DNA from: Eledone cirrhosa
Lineage: Eukaryota
Length of the DNA: 64,000 nucleotides
Direction of reading: 5' to 3'
Assembly: GCA_964016885.1 (NCBI GenBank)
Contig: OZ024742.1
Span: 244,342,001 to 244,406,000, forward strand
Each line of letters begins with the position of its first letter. Position 1 is the first letter of the stretch. Below are positions 58,530 through 64,000 of the stretch, in pieces. The position numbers and the translations under genes were made by a program. Below the pieces are notes generated by a model that searched no databases, was not told where the DNA came from, and saw only the letters and a program-made list of their open reading frames with translations.

Positions 58530-61500
58530 CTATTCTTGTCAATCTAATCCATTCTCTCCTACATTACTCCCACTCATGCTCTTACTATTCTTGTCACTCT
58601 ACTTCATTCTCTCCTATATTACTCCCACTCATGCTCTTACTATTCTTGTCACTCTACTCCATTCTCTCCTATATTACTCCCACTCATGCTCTTACTATTC
58701 TTGTCACTCTACTCCATTCTCTCCTATATTACTCCCACTCATGCTCTTACTATTCTTGTCACTCAACTCCATTCTCTCCTATATTACTCCCACTCATGCT
58801 CTTACTATTCTTGTCACTCTACTCCATTCTTTCCTACATTACTCCCACTCATGCTCTTACTATTCTTGTCACTCTGCTCCATTCTCTCCTATATTACTCC
58901 CACTCATGCTCTTACTATTCTTGTCACTCTACTCCATTCTCTCCTACATTACTCCCACTCATGCTCTTACTATTCTTGTCACTCTACTCCATTCTCTCCT
59001 ATATTACTCCCACTCATGCTCTTACTATTCTTGTCACTCTACTCCATTCTCTCCCACATTACTCCCACTCATGCTCTTACTATTCTTGTCACTCTACTTC
59101 ATTCTCTCCTACATTCTCTCCCACTCATGCTCTTACTATTCTTGTCACTCTACTCCATTCTCTCATACATTACTCCCACTCATGCTCTTACTATTCTTGT
59201 CACTACTACTCCATTCTCTCCCACATTACTCCCACTCATGCTCTTACTATTCTTGTCACTCTACTTCATTCTCTCCTACATTACTCCCACTCATGCTCTT
59301 ACTATTTTGTCACTCTACTTCATTCTCTCCTATATTACTCCCACTCATGCTCTTACTATTCTTGTCACTCTACTCCATTCTCTCCCACATTACTCCCAAT
59401 CATGCTCTTACTATTCTTGTCACTCTACTTCATTCTCTCCTACATTCTCTTCCACTCATGCTCTTACTATTCTTGTCACTCTACTCCATTCTCTCCTACA
59501 TTACTTCCACTCATGCTCTTACTATTCTTGTCACTCTACTCCATTCTCTCCTACATTACTCCCACTCATGCTCTTACTATTCTTGTAACTCTACTTCATT
59601 CTCTCCTACATTACTCCCACTCATGCTCTTACTATTCTTGTCACTCTACTTCATTCTCTCCTACATTACTCCCACTCATGCTCTTACTATTCTTGTCACT
59701 CTACTTCATTCTCTCCTATATTACTCCCACTCATGCTCTTATAATTCTTGTCACTCTACTCCATTCTCTCCTATATTACTCCCACTCATGCTCTTACTAT
59801 TCTTGTCAATCTACTCCATTCTCTCCTACATTACTCCCACTCATGCTCTTACTATTCTTGTCACTCTACTTCATTCTCTCCTATATTACTCCCACTCATG
59901 CTCTTACTATTCTTGTCACTCTACTCCATTCTCTCCTACATTACTCCCACTCATGCTCTTACTATTCTTGTCACTCTACTCTATTCTCTCCTACAATACT
60001 CCCACTCATGCTCTTACTATTCTTGTCACTCTACTCCATTCTCTCCTTCATTACTCCCACTCATGCTCTTACTATTCTTGTCACTCTATTCCATTCTCTC
60101 CTACATTACTCCCACTCATGCTCTTACTATTCTTGTCACTCTACTCCATTCTCTCCTTCATTACTCCCACTCATGCTCTTACTATTCTTGTCACTCTACT
60201 CCATTCTCTCCCACATTACTCCCACTCATGCTCTTACTATTCTTGTCACTCTACTTCATTCTCTCCTACATTACTCCCACTCATGCTCTTACTATTCTTG
60301 TCACTCTACTCCATTCTCTCCTATATTACTCCCACTCATGCTCTTATAATTCTTGTCACTCTACTCCATTCTCTCCTATATTACTCCCACTCATGCTCTT
60401 ACTATTCTTGTCACTCTACTCCATTCTCTCCTATATTACTCCCACTCATGCTCTTACTATTCTTGTCACTCTACTCCATTCTCTCCTATATTACTCCCAC
60501 TCATGCTCTTACTATTCTTGTCAATCTACTCCATTCTCTCCTACATTACTCCCACTCATGCTCTTACTATTCTTCACACTCTACTTCATTCTCTCCTATA
60601 TTACTCCCACTCATGCTCTTACTATTCTTGTCACTCTACTCCATTCTCTCCTATATTACTCCCACTCATGCTCTTACTATTCTTGTCACTCTACTCCATT
60701 CTCTCCTATATTACTCCCACTCATGCTCTTACTATTCTTGTCACTCAACTCCATTCTCTCCTATATTACTCCCACTCATGCTCTTACTATTCTTGTCACT
60801 CTACTCCATTCTCTCCTACATTACTCCCACTCATGCTCTTACTATTCTTCACACTCTACTTCATTCTCTCCTTCATTACTCCCACTCATGCTCTTACTAT
60901 TCTTGTCACTCTACTTCATTCTCTCCTACATTACTCCCACTCATGCTCTTACTATTCTTGTCACTCTACTCCATTCTCTCCTACATTACTCCCACTCATG
61001 CTCTTACTATTCTTGTCACTCTATTTCATTCTCTCCTACATTACTCCCACTCATGCTCTTACTATTCTTGCCACTCTACTCCATTCTCTCCTATATTACT
61101 CCCACTCATGCTCTTACTATTCTTGTCACTCTACTCCATTCTCTCCTATATTACTCCCACTCATGCTCTTACTATTCTTGTCACTCTACTCCATTCTCTC
61201 CTACATTACTCCCACTCATGCTCTTACTATTCTTGTCACTCTACTCCATTCTCTCCTACAATACTCCCACTCATGCTCTTACTATTCTTGTCACTCTACT
61301 CCATTCTCTCCTACATTACTCCCACTCATGCTCTTACTATTCTTGTCACTCTACTCCATTCTCTCCTATATTACTCCCACTCATGCTCTTACTATTCTTG
61401 TCACTCTACTCCATTCTCTCCCACATTACTCCCACTCATGCTCTTACTATTCTTGTCACTCTACTCCATTCTCTCCTACATTACTCCCACTCATGCTCTT

Positions 61501-64000
61501 ACTATTCTTGTCACTCTACTCCATTCTCTCCTACATTACTCCCACTCATGCTCTTACTATTCTTGTCACTCTACTTCATTCTCTCCTACATTACTCCCAC
61601 TCATGCTCTTACTATTCTTGTCACTCTACTCCATTCTCTCCTATATTACTCCCACTCATGCTCTTACTATTCTTGTCACTCTACTCCATTCTCTCCTATA
61701 TTACTCCCACTCATGCTCTTACTATTCTTGTCACTCTACTCCATTCTCTCCTACATTACTCCCACTCATGCTCTTACTATTCTTGTCACTCTACTCCATT
61801 CTCTCCTACAATACTCCCACTCATGCTCTTACTATTCTTGTCACTCTACTCCATTCTCTCCTATATTACTCCCACTCATGCTCTTACTATTCTTGTCACT
61901 CTACTCCATTCTCTCCTATATTACTCCCACTCATGCTCTTACTATTCTTGTCACTCTACTCCATTCTCTCCTATATTACTCCCACTCATGCTCTTACTAT
62001 TCTTGTCACTCTACTCCATTCTCTCCTACATTACTCCCACTCATGCTCTTACTATTCTTGTCACTCTGCTCCATTCTCTCCTATATTACTCCCACTCATG
62101 CTCTTACTATTCTTGTCACTCTACTCCATTATCTCCTACATTACTCCCACTCATGCTCTTACTATTCTTGTCACTCTACTCCATTCTCTCCTATATTACT
62201 CCCACTCATGCTCTTACTATTCTTGTCACTCTACTCCATTCTCTCCCACATTACTCCCACTCATGCTCTTACTATTCTTGTCACTCTACTTCATTCTCTC
62301 CTACATTCTCTCCCACTCATGCTCTTACTATTCTTGTCACTCTACTCCATTCTCTCCTACATTACTCCCACTCATGCTCTTACTATTCTTGTCACTCTAC
62401 TCCATTCTCTCCCACATTACTCCCACTCATGCTCTTACTATTCTTGTCACTCTACTTCATTCTCTCCTACATTACTCCCACTCATGCTCTTACTATTCTT
62501 GTCACTCTACTTCATTCTCTCCTACATTACTCCCACTCATGCTCTTAATATTCTTGTCACTCTACTCCATTCTCTCCCACATTACTCCCACTCATGCTCT
62601 TACTATTCTTGTCACTCTACTTCATTCTCTCCTATATTACTCCCACTCATCCTCTTATAATTCTTGTCACTCTACTCCATTCTCTCCTATATTACTCCCA
62701 CTCATGCTCTTACTATTCTTGTCACTCTACTCCATTCTCTCCTATATTACTCCCACTCATGCTCTTACTATTCTTGTCACTCTACTCCATTCTCTCCTAT
62801 ATTACTCCCACTCATGCTCTTACTATTCTTGTCAATCTAATCCATTCTCTCCTACATTACTCCCACTCATGCTCTTACTATTCTTGTCACTCTACTTCAT
62901 TCTCTCCTACATTACTCCCACTCATGCTCTTACTATTCTTGTCACTCTACTCCATTCTCTCCTATATTACTCCCACTCATGCTCTTACTATTCTTGTCAC
63001 TCTACTCCATTCTCGCCTACATTACTCCCACTCATGCTCTTACTATTCTTGTCACTCTGCTCCATTCTCTCCTATATTACTCCCACTCATGCTCTTACTA
63101 TTCTTGTCACTCTACTCCATTCTCTCCTACATTACTCCCACTCATGCTCTTACTATTCTTGTCACTCTACTTCATTTTCTCCTACATTACTCCCACTCAT
63201 GCTCTTACTATTCTTGTCACTCTACTTCATTCTCTCCTACATTACTCCCACTCATGCTCTTACTATTCTTGTCACTCTACTTCATTCTCTCCTATATTAC
63301 TCCCACTCATGCTCTTATAATTCTTGTCACTCTACTCCATTCTCTCCTATATTACTCCCACTCATGCTCTTACTATTCTTGTCACTCTACTCCATTCTCT
63401 CCTATATTACTCCCACTCATGCTCTTACTATTCTTGTCACTCTACTCCATTCTCTCCTATATTACTCCCACTCATGCTCTTACTATTCTTGTCAATCTAC
63501 TCCATTCTCTCCTACATTACTCCCACTCATGCTCTTACTATTCTTGTCACTCTACTTCATTCTCTCCTATATTACTCCCACTCATGCTCTTACTATTCTT
63601 GTCACTCTACTCCATTCTCTCCTACATTACTCCCACTCATGCTCTTACTATTCTTGTCACTCTACTCCATTCTCTCCTACAATACTCCCACTCATGCTCT
63701 TACTATTCTTGTCACTCTACTCCATTCTCTCCTTCATTACTCCCACTCATGCTCTTACTATTCTTGTCACTCTACTCCATTCTCTCCTACATTACTCCCA
63801 CTCATGCTCTTACTATTCTTGTCACTCTACTCCATTCTCTCCTTCATTACTCCCACTCATGCTCTTACTATTCTTGTCACTCTACTCCATTCTCTCCTAT
63901 ATTACTCCCACTCATGCTCTTACTATTCTTGTCACTCTCCTCCATTCTCTCCTACATTACTCCCACTCATGCTCTTACTATTCTTGTCACTCTACTTCAT
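58530..64000. repeat. 55-bp tandem satellite array B, post-gap segment (about 99 units; continues past the right window edge)
   Basis: Same 55-bp consensus and orientation as 6828-58329. Confidence 0.98.

Noticed and set aside
58312-58542. 76-aa minus-strand ORF, and + strand ORFs spanning the gap
   Set aside because: These are artefacts of translating N bases.
58060-59320. Cluster of single-base indels flanking the gap (about 58066, 58121, 58190, 59205, 59307)
   Set aside because: They are private and concentrated at contig ends, so they are most likely low-coverage consensus errors.
6516-63320. The dozens of long + strand ORFs (up to 4490 aa) as protein-coding genes
   Set aside because: They overlap in all three frames with the same peptide, the unit length is not a multiple of 3, and the absence of stops follows from composition. 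Frameshifting and stop variants are amplified freely, and no domain is recognisable.
1-64000. CRISPR array
   Set aside because: The units are contiguous with no unique spacers, and there are no cas genes or leader.
1-64000. Canonical telomerase repeats or G-quadruplex array
   Set aside because: There are no TTAGGG, TTAGG or TTTAGGG tracts. The minus strand has at most one GGG run per consensus unit.
6828-64000. TGTCA (TALE-homeodomain core motif) once per unit as a regulatory array
   Set aside because: A 5-mer match is expected by chance, and variants that disrupt it are present. There is no supporting evidence.

Overview
Eukaryotic-looking, almost entirely non-coding satellite DNA. No gene, RNA gene, CRISPR array or mobile element can be supported. 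The layout has three parts. (1) 1-6195: a head-to-tail 49-bp satellite (array A, about 126 units, open at the left window edge). (2) 6196-6827: a 632-bp unique spacer with (TG)9 and (CT)6 microsatellites and a textbook-looking + strand intron signal set (GTAAGT ... TACTAAC-pyrimidine tract-TAG). (3) 6828-64000: a 55-bp satellite (array B, about 1,035 units, open at the right edge), interrupted by a 200-N scaffold gap at 58330-58529. Both monomers are C/T-rich on the + strand with only 2 G each, and they share colinear motifs. The many huge ORFs in the track arise because the 55-bp unit has no AA, AG or GA dinucleotide, so it cannot contain a stop codon. I treat them as non-coding. The most interesting signals are the candidate intron bridging the two arrays and opening into a stop-free repeat, the relationship between the two monomers, and the nested higher-order and layered variant structure of the arrays. 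The organism cannot be determined from the sequence.
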